Origin: a virus
Lineage: Duplodnaviria; Caudoviricetes
DNA: 64,000 bases
Strand: one strand, 5' to 3'
IMG/VR virus record: IMGVR_UViG_3300047469_000103
Location: 1 to 64,000 of that record
Shown: piece after piece, positions 9,418 to 19,200 of the stretch
Layout of the letters: every line of letters begins with the position of its first letter
Numbering within the stretch: the first letter of the stretch is position 1
Notes under the pieces: model-generated
The model's input: only the letters and a program-made list of their open reading frames with translations
What the model was told of the DNA's origin: nothing
The model's database searches: none
Position numbers and translations under genes: made by a program

Positions 9418-12296
9418 TTATAAAGAAATCCAAAGACAAACGGCTGATCGTCACAAAGGATAATCCATTTGATTATTTGACCAGCCTGAAACAAAACGGT
9501 CGCGCTGTAGTCCATGACGATATCGAAAACATGGGTAAGAGCGCGGCCAACTTAATCACGAGTATGGATGTTGACAGCGAAATCAACATTGCAAAAACAA
9601 TTCGTGATTTGATGGATTCGAAAGTTATCGTGCCCAAGGATATGAAAATCGACGACGGTGATTTGCCGCTCGCACCGAATTTCTATACGTGGGTAACGGA
9701 TGACCGCTTCGGAACTATCGGTGATGAACGCCCATTCCTTGAACAATTGATTTGGGGACTGACGGCGTTCAACGATATCTGTTACAAAAAAGGTTGCTCC
9801 GATCTTGAGTGGTTTTTTCACGGCCACAAAGTTGACGACACCTACGGAAAGTTAGAGCGTAAAGTTTCCATCCTGCACCACGGCGTTTGCCCGAATTGCG
9901 GGATGGGGCGTTCTGAAGCGATCCGCAAAAAGATTGCGCCGTACTACAACGAACTGGCAATTAACGCGGGCCAGCGTTGCGTCATTGGTAGCACACCGGT
10001 TTTAACCCAACACGGACTGCTGCACATTGACGAAGTAAACCCGAATGCACCTGAAGGTTTTTCTGACTTCACGCTCGGAGTTCACAACGGCGATGTAATG
10101 GAAAATACCTCGCAGTTTTTCTATGCGAAGCCCGAACCCGTTGTCCGTGTAATTACGGCAATGGGTTTTTCTGTTACTGGCACTGTCGAACACCCTATCG
10201 AAATCAGCGGGCAATTCAAAAAGCTTTCTGACGTAGAAATCGACGACGAACTTTTGATTTATTATGGTCAGCGTGTTTTCGGCGCAGGCAAGTACGGCAA
10301 AGCGCGTGAAGCGGGCCGTGCGTTTTACGATAGTGTCTTGCCGCTGCAACTTCGCGTTGCTCGTGAACAGGACGTTGTATCTTTCCTGCAAGGCGTGTTC
10401 TCAGAACCGCGCCGGGTATTTGTGGGAATGGCTGCATTGCGTGATATTAGCGCCCTCTTACTGAATGCCGGATATCCCCACCAAATCATCGGGCCGTGCA
10501 TTCAACTCACAGACGAAGTGTTCAACAATTTGCAATCCGATATTTGGAGCAAAGGAACATTCTCGGACTCTATCGCAGTCGTCGAAAATCTTGGTGAAAT
10601 GGCGACCTACGATTTCACGCTACCCGTGACCCACCAATTCATCACGGGCGGTATCTTGAGCCACAACAGCGGCAAGTCACACACCGTTGGTTCCTATCTG
10701 GCTCCCTATCACTTACACCGACTTTTAAAGCTGCAAAAACCTGCACAGTTTTACGGCCTGTCGCGTACCACGATGCTGCAAGGGACGTTTGCGGCGCTGA
10801 CGTACACGCAAGCCAAGGATACGCTGTGGACGCCCTTCTATGGCGCTCTCATTGAGTCCAATTGGTTCAAGCAATATCATGGCATGCTTCGGCATTACGA
10901 AAACGTTTACGGTGAACGTCTTTTCAAACTCACTGATACGTTTGTCGATTACCGCGTTCGTGGACTTCAATATCACCCGATGGGGCCAGACAAACGGGTA
11001 ATGCGGGGGCGAACGCGCTGCTTCTTTTCCATCGACGAAATTGCATACTTCGACGCTGAAAAAGATTCGGGCAAAGTTAAAATCAACGCCTACGAAGTTT
11101 ACGACGCATTGGCTAACAGCCTTGCAACGGTACGGACTTCGGCAGACGCATTGATTGAACGGGGATACGATGATGTGTTCCCGGCCTACGCCATGAACGT
11201 AAGTTCTCCGACTGCAAAAAACGATATGATTCACGTGCTGATTGCGCGTGCGCAGGAATCGCGATCCATGCACGGTATCCATCGTGCAACGTGGGAAGTA
11301 AACCCGAACTTTAAACGCAATTCCACATTCATTATGGAAGCGTATCGGAAAGACCCGGAATCGGCAGAGAAAAACTTTGGTGCAAACCCACCACTGATTT
11401 CGAACCCGTTCCTGTCTAACCACAAGTTCATCATGGATTGCGAAGACACAATGCGAAAAAACGCATTGAAAATGCACGCTGCATTTCGCAACAGCAAGCG
11501 TGCTGGTCAGTCGTATATGTTCGGTGAAATCGACAAGATCAAGAAGAGCGGTAAGCCTTCGATCCTTGCAATCGACGCCGGTCTAAACGACAACAGTTTT
11601 TCGATTGCAGGCGGAACACTGGACGAAGATTTTAATTTATGTGTAGACCTTGTAGGTGAGATTATTCCGCTACCGGGTTTCAAGATTAACCACTCGCTCG
11701 TTTACGACAACGTGATTGTTCCAATCATGAAAGCGCGAAACGTAAAGGTTCTTCTGGCCGACCGCTGGAACAGTCTGAAATTGCTGAGCGATGCTGAATT
11801 GGAAATGGGCGATCCAAACGAGGATATCCCGTCTTTTATTGCCAAACAGCACAGCTTGAAATACGTGGATATGGTCGGCGTTCGTACACGTATGGAACAG
11901 GGCAGCATTCGCCTACCGCGATCAGAAATCACAGTTTCGAAATTGTTGGATGCACTCGACTCGGATTACCGCGCATTCTACAAAGACAAACCCGTGGCGC
12001 ACTTGTTCAAACAAATGTTCACGATTAAAGATCAGTTGAAAGGCGTAGGGAAAGGCGACGGATATACCGACGATAACTGGCGTGCAATGGCCCTGCTGCT
12101 TTGGGGATTAATGGAAGAGGAATATATGGGCATGCTTATGGCAGAACCTATGAACCTCACAATTGCGCGGCCTAATGCGTTGGGCGCTTCGAAACTCGGT
12201 AGTGGTGCTGGCGCTGCTGTTGGTACTGGTGGCGGTGGCGGTTTGACAATGCAAAACGGTGCGCCGTTGATGATTATGGGCGGGGGCCGTCGCTGA
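9414..12296 (+). CDS. terL: Terminase large subunit with intein
   Basis: Walker A GQR|SGKS interrupted by intein, Walker B FSIDE, coupling NVSSP, RNase H-like ILAIDAG, LLADRWNS and C-terminal TDD. Confidence 0.9.
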   Translation: MIIKKSKDKRLIVTKDNPFDYLTSLKQNGRAVVHDDIENMGKSAANLITSMDVDSEINIAKTIRDLMDSKVIVPKDMKIDDGDLPLAPNFYTWVTDDRFGTIGDERPFLEQLIWGLTAFNDICYKKGCSDLEWFFHGHKVDDTYGKLERKVSILHHGVCPNCGMGRSEAIRKKIAPYYNELAINAGQRCVIGSTPVLTQHGLLHIDEVNPNAPEGFSDFTLGVHNGDVMENTSQFFYAKPEPVVRVITAMGFSVTGTVEHPIEISGQFKKLSDVEIDDELLIYYGQRVFGAGKYGKAREAGRAFYDSVLPLQLRVAREQDVVSFLQGVFSEPRRVFVGMAALRDISALLLNAGYPHQIIGPCIQLTDEVFNNLQSDIWSKGTFSDSIAVVENLGEMATYDFTLPVTHQFITGGILSHNSGKSHTVGSYLAPYHLHRLLKLQKPAQFYGLSRTTMLQGTFAALTYTQAKDTLWTPFYGALIESNWFKQYHGMLRHYENVYGERLFKLTDTFVDYRVRGLQYHPMGPDKRVMRGRTRCFFSIDEIAYFDAEKDSGKVKINAYEVYDALANSLATVRTSADALIERGYDDVFPAYAMNVSSPTAKNDMIHVLIARAQESRSMHGIHRATWEVNPNFKRNSTFIMEAYRKDPESAEKNFGANPPLISNPFLSNHKFIMDCEDTMRKNALKMHAAFRNSKRAGQSYMFGEIDKIKKSGKPSILAIDAGLNDNSFSIAGGTLDEDFNLCVDLVGEIIPLPGFKINHSLVYDNVIVPIMKARNVKVLLADRWNSLKLLSDAELEMGDPNEDIPSFIAKQHSLKYVDMVGVRTRMEQGSIRLPRSEITVSKLLDALDSDYRAFYKDKPVAHLFKQMFTIKDQLKGVGKGDGYTDDNWRAMALLLWGLMEEEYMGMLMAEPMNLTIARPNALGASKLGSGAGAAVGTGGGGGLTMQNGAPLMIMGGGRR
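9978..10667 (+). mobile_element. Intein (230 aa, degenerate endonuclease) in TerL Walker A
   Basis: Starts CVIGSTPVLT, block B TGTVEHP, ends TYDFTLPVTHQFITGGILSHN, followed by Ser nucleophile. Confidence 0.92.
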
Positions 12297-12856
12297 TGGA
12301 AATAAGTATCGCACACCCTTACGGAAATGCACCGGAAAAACCCACACCTTCCAAAGCGATTATGGAACGTGCGGAACAGGAGCCGACAAGTTTCTTCACC
12401 CTCGACGGCGAACGAAATCCAATCGGCCTTATTCGTTACGACGAAGACAACCTGCTGGTGCATCGCGACTCGCACGGACGTATTGATTATATCTGTGTGG
12501 TCGCAACATTCCGTCAGTCAAACTTACGAAAAGTTTTTGTGCAGAAAAACGTTTGGCAATTAGACAACTGCAAACGCGGCTTTGCACGCAAGGTCATGCT
12601 GCATTTCTGTACCGGGGGCCGCATACTCGCGTCGGACGAAAGACAGCGAAAGAAAGGCGCGATCATGTGGCGTAAATTCCTCGCAGAAGATTGCGGCGAC
12701 AAATACGCATACGTGCAGCACGCAAACGGTTTAAGCGGATTAACACCGCACACCAAATCCATGCTGATTGCATTTGCATACGCTGGAAACGCAGACAGCA
12801 AAATCTTTGTTGTTTCGGATCAACCTATAACCGACACAGTTCGGGCAAAATGGTGA
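12296..12856 (+). CDS. Divergent GNAT-like protein with MEISIA leader
   Basis: KRGFARKVM...ILASDERQRKKGAIMWRKF motif; leader shared with the 22.9-37.3 kb cluster. Confidence 0.55.
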   Translation: MEISIAHPYGNAPEKPTPSKAIMERAEQEPTSFFTLDGERNPIGLIRYDEDNLLVHRDSHGRIDYICVVATFRQSNLRKVFVQKNVWQLDNCKRGFARKVMLHFCTGGRILASDERQRKKGAIMWRKFLAEDCGDKYAYVQHANGLSGLTPHTKSMLIAFAYAGNADSKIFVVSDQPITDTVRAKW

Positions 12857-13143
12857 ACACTATGGAACGTATTACCCCGGAATTTGTTGAATCGAAAATC
12901 GTTGCTGAGCATTACTGGATCGTACCGGGCACGACTACCACGCTTTGCGCATTGGTGCCTGAAAATGGCGTCACGCAATTTGGTGAAAGCAGTACCGCAC
13001 ACGGTCGCACCTTCAACGAGGAAGATGGGCGGAAATATTCGCGCATCATGGCATTCAACAAAGTAATGGGCGCCTACGGAATTATCTTGAAAAACAAGAT
13101 TTTTGAGGAATCCGCAAATGCCAACGAAACAAGACCTGACTAA
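12850..13143 (+). CDS. Phage Gp49/gp66-family protein
   Basis: ITPEFVESKIVAEHY...TTLCALVPENG...GES...FNEEDGRK...AFNK pattern typical of the N4 Gp49/Sf6 gp66 family. Confidence 0.8.
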   Translation: MVNTMERITPEFVESKIVAEHYWIVPGTTTTLCALVPENGVTQFGESSTAHGRTFNEEDGRKYSRIMAFNKVMGAYGIILKNKIFEESANANETRPD

Positions 13144-14068
13144 GTACGAATGGTTTCAATACGACGAAGGTGCGGCAGAGCGGGTTTTCGACCAGCCGCG
13201 CCACAACGAAGAATACGAACTGGAATTGCACCCCGGCAACGTTTACGGTGTGAAAAAAGTTGGTCGTGCGTATTTCGTCGTACATAAACACAGTCCTGAT
13301 ATTCAATTCCGTTTGAACGATGCCGAAATCACAATGATTAAGGATAAGTCGGCGGGATGGTCAGGAAAGATTCGTAGACAAACTGTAAATGCAGGGGTAG
13401 GCGGAAAAGATTTACCCGCTGAAAGCCTCCCTAAAGGTTGGTTCCAGATTGATTTGGACAGTAGTAATCTGCGTACTGCAATCTACAATCCAAAGGAAAA
13501 AACTCTTTACATCACTTTTCACAATGGCGCCTCGTGGGCTTACGAAAAAGTCACGAAGAAAGAATTCGATGAAATGGAAGCAGCCGAAAGCCGTGGCCGC
13601 TATTTCATCTACCGAATTCGCGATGTGAAACCTCAATATAAGTTGGGCGATAACTTCGACCGACCTCCTTACGATACAACCCCACTCTCCCCGACTGCAC
13701 AGCCAAAAGGCAAAGCGGCACCTGCTGCCAAGCCACCGAAAGAAACCGTTACAACGGGTGACGTAATCACGCGTGTTAGCGGAGGTAAAGCACCGCCAGT
13801 AAAAAAGCCTAAACCGTCCACTTTTAAAATGCCCGCAGACATGATGGTAAATGGTCGCGCTAAAGTGATTATTACTCACGAGGCGTATCCGGGTAAATCG
13901 ACAACTAAAACGTGGTCGGGCGTTGGCTTCGAATGGCTGGGGGCTAAAAATCCTGAGTTGGGCCGCATTCTTGGCGAGCTTTATACGAAAGGAACGTCAC
14001 AGGTTAATGACGGTAAAGGGTTGGCTACAATTACCTTGGACGGTAACATTTTAATCCCCAAGCAATAG
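13103..14068 (+). CDS. KTSC-domain protein
   Basis: SSNLRTAIYNPKEKTLYITFHNGASWAYEKV...AESRGRYFIYRIR; Pro/Lys-rich linker after it. Confidence 0.85.
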   Translation: MRNPQMPTKQDLTKYEWFQYDEGAAERVFDQPRHNEEYELELHPGNVYGVKKVGRAYFVVHKHSPDIQFRLNDAEITMIKDKSAGWSGKIRRQTVNAGVGGKDLPAESLPKGWFQIDLDSSNLRTAIYNPKEKTLYITFHNGASWAYEKVTKKEFDEMEAAESRGRYFIYRIRDVKPQYKLGDNFDRPPYDTTPLSPTAQPKGKAAPAAKPPKETVTTGDVITRVSGGKAPPVKKPKPSTFKMPADMMVNGRAKVIITHEAYPGKSTTKTWSGVGFEWLGAKNPELGRILGELYTKGTSQVNDGKGLATITLDGNILIPKQ

Positions 14069-14087
14069 ACCATAGTAGGAAAAGGAA

Positions 14088-14678
14088 ATGCCGATACTTG
14101 CCAACGCGCTTATTGAAAGAATTGACGTAGATCGTGACCGTTATTTAGGTCTGATTAATCGCTGTAAATATGCCATCCTCATGAAAGAAGGTGACGATAC
14201 TTACCGCGCATACGAAACAAAAGACCCAAGCGTTCCGGGCCTTGAGGATTGCCGACTGCTGATTGTCACATTGAACGACAGGGATATTATTTATTCGTGT
14301 TATTTCAAAGTTGTCGAGCATCCGTTTTTCGGTAGTCGCGTTGTGCAAGTTGAAGTTCGATCAGATGAACCGGGAACAGCGCGGTTTGTGATGCAGAGAT
14401 TTTTCCTCAAGCATTACGGCGCGTTGCGTACCGACATTTCCCACACCCCAGCCGGGCGTAAAATGTGGGAAAGATTTATCGAAACAAATCAGTGCAATTT
14501 TTATATCGCTGATTTGCCGATTGACGCCAACACCGAACTGGGCAGGCGTAATCAAGATGCAAATAACGTAGAGCAGTTTTATCACCTACGACGATTAACC
14601 ACCGACGATGTTATCTGGCACGATAATCGACGCGGCAACGTGAGCGTAATCTACGCCACCAATGCGAGCATTTTATGA
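14088..14678 (+). CDS. Divergent GNAT-like protein
   Basis: PGTARFVM...LRTDISHTPAGRKMWERF parallels the 12296 ORF motif. Confidence 0.5.
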   Translation: MPILANALIERIDVDRDRYLGLINRCKYAILMKEGDDTYRAYETKDPSVPGLEDCRLLIVTLNDRDIIYSCYFKVVEHPFFGSRVVQVEVRSDEPGTARFVMQRFFLKHYGALRTDISHTPAGRKMWERFIETNQCNFYIADLPIDANTELGRRNQDANNVEQFYHLRRLTTDDVIWHDNRRGNVSVIYATNASIL

Positions 14679-16603
14679 GACTGAGAAAAAAGACCAGTTA
14701 TTCCGCAGTATCGCCGTCGAGTCCCGGTCGCGCACCTGTTGAAATGGGCGCAGCCGCGAACCATTACGGTACTCGCCAAGACATGAACGAATATATGGCA
14801 ACAGCAGCCGGTAGCGGCAACGCTTCCCTTTCCCAAATGCCGATTGAAATCGACATTGATCCGCTGCTAAAAGATATCGTGTTTTCCGAAGACCTTGAAC
14901 AGAAAAAACTGGTCATGCGTTTGTATTCGGACATGTATTACAACGACAGCATTTCCGGCTCCATTGTCGATATCAAATCTACACTGATGTTTTCCGAGTT
15001 TACCATCGGCGGTATTCTCGACCGGAAAGTGTCCGACGACTTCCAAGAAAACTTGGATCGTTTGGATATCAGAACTTTGATGCCAGACGTTGCGGTTGAC
15101 TACAACGTTAAAGGCGGTTTCGTTGGCTCGCTGCTGTATAACGGCACGTCGCAAGTGTTCTCGCGAATCATGCCGCACGCCTACGAAAACACAAAGATCG
15201 ACCAGCTTCCTTTTCACGGAACTGACCCACTAATTACCGTGGCATTTCCTGAATATATTCGTTCCACAATGGCGTCCGATTCTCCGCGTGTAAAAGCGCT
15301 GCGTGAATTCCTCGGTGCCGACGTGATGAAACAGCTTTCCAACGAAGCGCTAGAACTTGATCCGAAATCTACGGTTTATGTTCCGCGCCGTTCCGGTTCC
15401 ACCAGCACTGGCACATCTTATTTGCGCCGGGTTTTGCCGTGGTATTTGCTGGAGAAAAACCTTTTCCGTGGAACGTTGGTTCGCTCTGCAATGCGTCAAA
15501 AAGGTATTTTGCACGTAACACTTGACGGTGCCGGTGAATGGGAACCGACGCTCGCGGATATGCAAGCGGTTATGGATATGTTCATGAACGCGGACGCTGA
15601 CCCAATCGGCGCTGTTGTTGCTACGCGTGGCGGTATTTCCACTGAGGAAATTCGTGACCCGCAAGGCGGCTGGACAATCTTCGATAACAAAGACGCAATC
15701 GACAGCATCAAAATGAAAGCACTCGGTATTTCCGATGCGTTTCTTTCTGGTGACGCGACATATACAAACGGTGATACATCGACTTCTTTCTTCATTGACG
15801 GTGTGCGATCCGAACGTGATTATCTGACGCGGAAAGTTTTGTATAACAAGATTTTCCCGATGATTTCCGCAATGAAAGGTTACACGCTGAATAAACAGGG
15901 TAAGCTGATTATCAAAGGCAACAGCCTCGATAAAATGGATATCCTCGGTTCGTATGAGCGCCTGAATGACGGTTCTCGTTTGTTGATTCCTTCGGTTCAT
16001 TGGGAAAAGACTTTGAAACCGGAAGGCGATCAGCAATACATGGATATGTTGCAAGCGCTTACCGATAAAGGCGTGCCAGTTCCAATGCGTGTTATGGCTG
16101 CTGCTGGCGGGTTTAACCTCGACCGTTTGCTGGCTGCACAGGATTCCGATTTGCATATTCAGGAATCGGTTTACGAATACCAGAAGCGCGTAAAAGAACT
16201 GAAAAAGAAATACGGTATTGTTGATCCAAACGATATGGGCGGCGGTGGCGGCGAAGGTGGTTTCGCTACCAACTATGACAAACAAATCATGTCTTTGGCG
16301 CGCAATAATCCCGGCCTTTACGAAGCATTCCGTGCTGAAGCTCAGGGCATTTATAACCGCAACCTCGACAGAACACAGTCCGACGTATTGGCCCGTAATA
16401 ACGGTCAAATGGTTGGTTTGGCAAATCGTGACTTCGGTGAAATGTCTGAAGTGGCTGGTCATACCTCGACTGGCGAGCGCCGTTATTTGACCAATCAGAA
16501 ATTGGCGAATGAACGCGCTAATAGAAAGATTGTAAAACAATTGCGCCTTATGCAAGACAAAGGCACCGGCCACAACGTAACAAAGACGGTAACGCCTTAC
16601 TAA
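14675..16603 (+). CDS. Probable portal protein
   Basis: 642 aa mostly helical-type protein downstream of TerL; size and position; no diagnostic motif. Confidence 0.6.
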   Translation: MRLRKKTSYSAVSPSSPGRAPVEMGAAANHYGTRQDMNEYMATAAGSGNASLSQMPIEIDIDPLLKDIVFSEDLEQKKLVMRLYSDMYYNDSISGSIVDIKSTLMFSEFTIGGILDRKVSDDFQENLDRLDIRTLMPDVAVDYNVKGGFVGSLLYNGTSQVFSRIMPHAYENTKIDQLPFHGTDPLITVAFPEYIRSTMASDSPRVKALREFLGADVMKQLSNEALELDPKSTVYVPRRSGSTSTGTSYLRRVLPWYLLEKNLFRGTLVRSAMRQKGILHVTLDGAGEWEPTLADMQAVMDMFMNADADPIGAVVATRGGISTEEIRDPQGGWTIFDNKDAIDSIKMKALGISDAFLSGDATYTNGDTSTSFFIDGVRSERDYLTRKVLYNKIFPMISAMKGYTLNKQGKLIIKGNSLDKMDILGSYERLNDGSRLLIPSVHWEKTLKPEGDQQYMDMLQALTDKGVPVPMRVMAAAGGFNLDRLLAAQDSDLHIQESVYEYQKRVKELKKKYGIVDPNDMGGGGGEGGFATNYDKQIMSLARNNPGLYEAFRAEAQGIYNRNLDRTQSDVLARNNGQMVGLANRDFGEMSEVAGHTSTGERRYLTNQKLANERANRKIVKQLRLMQDKGTGHNVTKTVTPY

Positions 16604-16668
16604 TTTATATTTGTGAGCCGCGTTCGTTTATGGAACGTCTTTATTTATGGCAATCCATCGCCGGAAAA

Positions 16669-16687
16669 ACTGTAAATAAAACGTGTA
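16669..16687 (+). promoter_or_regulatory. Motif B ACTGTAAATAA-N3-GTGTA (copy 1)
   Basis: 16/19 identity with intergenic copy at 43156-43174 (minus). Confidence 0.5.
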
Positions 16688-16886
16688 TCACAGGCTAGGC
16701 AATGTAATGTCGAATACAGCCAGCACAATACGCAACCCCTGAATGGAATAGGCGCTACCGGATTTGGAAACCCCACTACTTGCGGCATCGGGATAACCTA
16801 CCAATACAGCCGAAAACATTTACGTTCGCAATAGTGAAAAAGAAAAGACATTCAATGCCTAGCTTTCCCTTTGTTCGCAAAGGTAC

Positions 16887-16926
16887 AACCGCGCCCTGTG
16901 AGCAATTGCACGGCGCGGTTTTTTTG
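16887..16926 (+). terminator. Intrinsic terminator
   Basis: AACCGCGCC...GGCGCGGTT stem plus T-run. Confidence 0.8.
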
Positions 16927-16943
16927 TTTCTGGAGACTGAAAA

Positions 16944-17237
16944 ATGTGGGAATTGATGGATAAAGAAGCGCAATTGAATTACATGGTTAATCGCACCGGC
17001 ATTCCCGGCACAAAGATTAATCACGAAATGATTGCCGAAGCTGAATACATGATGAACCGTCCGCAGCGGGATAAATACACGGATTATTGTTCGTCGTATG
17101 TAGCGGATGTTGCGTACCGTGAAGTCGATCCTGAACACGAAAGCGCTGCCAACGTTTTCTATTTCCATATGATGCGAATTCCTTTGGAAGTAAGAGCGAA
17201 AATGATTTGGCACACAATGAGCGGAGTGCAACCCTAA
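16944..17237 (+). CDS. Hypothetical protein
   Basis: 97 aa ORF with GGAG RBS, abuts next gene. Confidence 0.7.
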   Translation: MWELMDKEAQLNYMVNRTGIPGTKINHEMIAEAEYMMNRPQRDKYTDYCSSYVADVAYREVDPEHESAANVFYFHMMRIPLEVRAKMIWHTMSGVQP

Positions 17238-18026
17238 ATGGCAACCGGGCCGCTGAATCCTACAAAGCATTTGCAACGTCAGGGACTGGATCACAAAATC
17301 ATTTATGCGGGAATTGTTGTCGATGATAACGATCCTCGGAAAGCCTGTCGTGTGCGCGTTCGCGTAACTGGTATTCATCCCGACACAATCCCCGACAATC
17401 ATTTGCCGTGGGCGTTGCCGATGAATCAGGATTACGCTGATGACGCGGAAAAACAAACCAGTTCTGGCACCGTTGATATTCCGCATAAAGGCGCGAAAGT
17501 CGGCGTGCGTTATCCGAATGGCGATCCGCATAAACCGCAGCTTGCGCCGTATCCCGGTGACAAGAAAACAATCCTGAAAGAAGCGGAAAAGAATTACCCG
17601 CACAGGAAAGCGACAGTGTTGCCAAACGGCTGCAAACTGATTATCGACAAATCAACAAATGAAGTATTCGTGTTAAATCCGGGTGATACGCACTTTGTAT
17701 TCCTTGGCGATTACACACAAACCATTGTCGGCAAAGCAACGCAGATTGTAGGCAGTGGCGTTGGTGACGTTCCCGAATATTTGGCGAACGCATCAAACTT
17801 AAAAATTGCAGCGATTCAAGCGAAGAGTGCGGGCGGTGTGGGCTTCGAAGGCAGCGGTGGCGCCGGGAGTTCTTACACACACGTAAAAGGCGATTACACA
17901 TTAATCGTTGACGGCAAACGCACCGTAGAAATTAAAGGCAATGACGCATTAAAGGTTGGGGGCAACCGCGATGAAAAAGTGAGCGGACAACATACAATTG
18001 ATTCGTCCCGCTCGGACACGAACTGA
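17238..18026 (+). CDS. Baseplate central spike, gp5/VgrG-like (no lysozyme)
   Basis: GIVVDDNDPRKACRVRVRV OB-fold, WALP, P..G..V.V...GDP..P; C-terminal VxGxxxxx beta-helix repeats. Confidence 0.88.
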   Translation: MATGPLNPTKHLQRQGLDHKIIYAGIVVDDNDPRKACRVRVRVTGIHPDTIPDNHLPWALPMNQDYADDAEKQTSSGTVDIPHKGAKVGVRYPNGDPHKPQLAPYPGDKKTILKEAEKNYPHRKATVLPNGCKLIIDKSTNEVFVLNPGDTHFVFLGDYTQTIVGKATQIVGSGVGDVPEYLANASNLKIAAIQAKSAGGVGFEGSGGAGSSYTHVKGDYTLIVDGKRTVEIKGNDALKVGGNRDEKVSGQHTIDSSRSDTN

Positions 18027-18036
18027 GGATTTATAA

Positions 18037-18651
18037 ATGCCTACACCATTGGCGTCACGCCTGCAACGAACAGGCGATACATATTTAGTGGAAGACGTAG
18101 ATATCCACGGTGGATATCGAAGCGTTGCCGATATTGCAGAACGCAACGCAATTCCTTTGAGCGCACGGCGGGTAGGCATGACCGTTTACTGCATTGCAGA
18201 TAAAACGGAATATCAATTAATCACGAGTGTTTCAAATAGCTCGTGGACAATTCGCCCTTTGTTTTCGGGCAAGCTGCATGGCGTACAAACAATTGTTGTC
18301 GTCGGGCCGCTGCAACAAATGAATGCCTACGAATTTGAAGCATACGCAGCACAGCAAATTGTGTTGTGGTTCAACCTGCTGCCTGCATTAAACCGGGTGA
18401 TGAATACGCCAGTCGCGTACTTTAAAATCCTGTGTGCAGTGGGTGCGCCGGGTGTAACTGTCGGGAAAACATTACCGGCAAATACCACTTATTACGGCGA
18501 TGCAACATTCCTTTATGACGCCGCTGCATCGAGTTCCGCAGTTATATTGAATGCGACAATGTTGGTCGGTATTTCTAAATCACTAATTCCATTGGGTGAC
18601 GCTGTAATTACCGCAATGGACGAATACGCCGTGCGTAAGGCGGGTGAATAA
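18037..18651 (+). CDS. Tail-associated protein
   Basis: N-terminal GGYRSV..IAERNAIP..R..GMTV module shared with the 19190 ORF. Confidence 0.6.
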   Translation: MPTPLASRLQRTGDTYLVEDVDIHGGYRSVADIAERNAIPLSARRVGMTVYCIADKTEYQLITSVSNSSWTIRPLFSGKLHGVQTIVVVGPLQQMNAYEFEAYAAQQIVLWFNLLPALNRVMNTPVAYFKILCAVGAPGVTVGKTLPANTTYYGDATFLYDAAASSSAVILNATMLVGISKSLIPLGDAVITAMDEYAVRKAGE

Positions 18652-18830
18652 TGGCTAGTCCTGAATGCGTTCGCACATTCCTTTCCGGGGAGCTTTTGGT
18701 TGGTAATCGTCGTTCTGATCCGCATGGTATTCGCTGGATTAAAGCGCCGTTGCCTCCGCATCACAAGCAGAATATGCCACGGGCAATCGGACGTTACCTG
18801 TCTGATGAACCTTCGACGTATTTGAAATAA
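18651..18830 (+). CDS. Small hypothetical protein (59 aa, not in ORF track)
   Basis: ATG overlaps upstream TAA; MASPECVRTF...STYLK; ends at a terminator. Confidence 0.55.
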   Translation: MASPECVRTFLSGELLVGNRRSDPHGIRWIKAPLPPHHKQNMPRAIGRYLSDEPSTYLK

Positions 18831-18856
18831 CCCACTCTTTTGTGGGTTTTTGTGTT
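18829..18856 (+). terminator. Intrinsic terminator
   Basis: AACCCAC-tctttt-GTGGGTT then T-rich run. Confidence 0.75.
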
Positions 18857-18863
18857 TCTCCGC

Positions 18864-18879
18864 TAATTTAAAGGTATGA
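18864..18879 (+). promoter_or_regulatory. Motif A TAATTTAAAGGTATGA, putative late promoter
   Basis: Repeated intergenic motif, directly after a terminator and before a structural gene. Confidence 0.6.
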
Positions 18880-18882
18880 TTC

Positions 18883-19200
18883 ATGACAAAGTTATTCAAC
18901 CCCGAGGTGCTGGGTTCGGGTATTAAACTCCCTAAAGCCCCTACGCTGCCGAACCACGCAGTCCGCAAAGTCGATTTGGAAGGATTCGTTCAAGCGCAAA
19001 GGATCACAATAACCAATGTGCTTTCTGTAACGATTCCGAAGCTGGCCGACGATTTCTTTATTCAATGCTACGACGAACATAAACGATCATTTACCCCGGA
19101 TAGCATCGAAGAAACTGACGACGATATCGAAGTGAAATTCTTCGTTAATCAGACCGGTGTTATTCGTGTGCTGTTTATTGGAGGCAGCAGTGGCAACTAA
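18883..19200 (+). CDS. Hypothetical (tail-associated) protein
   Basis: 105 aa beta-rich ORF after motif A. Confidence 0.65.
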   Translation: MTKLFNPEVLGSGIKLPKAPTLPNHAVRKVDLEGFVQAQRITITNVLSVTIPKLADDFFIQCYDEHKRSFTPDSIEETDDDIEVKFFVNQTGVIRVLFIGGSSGN

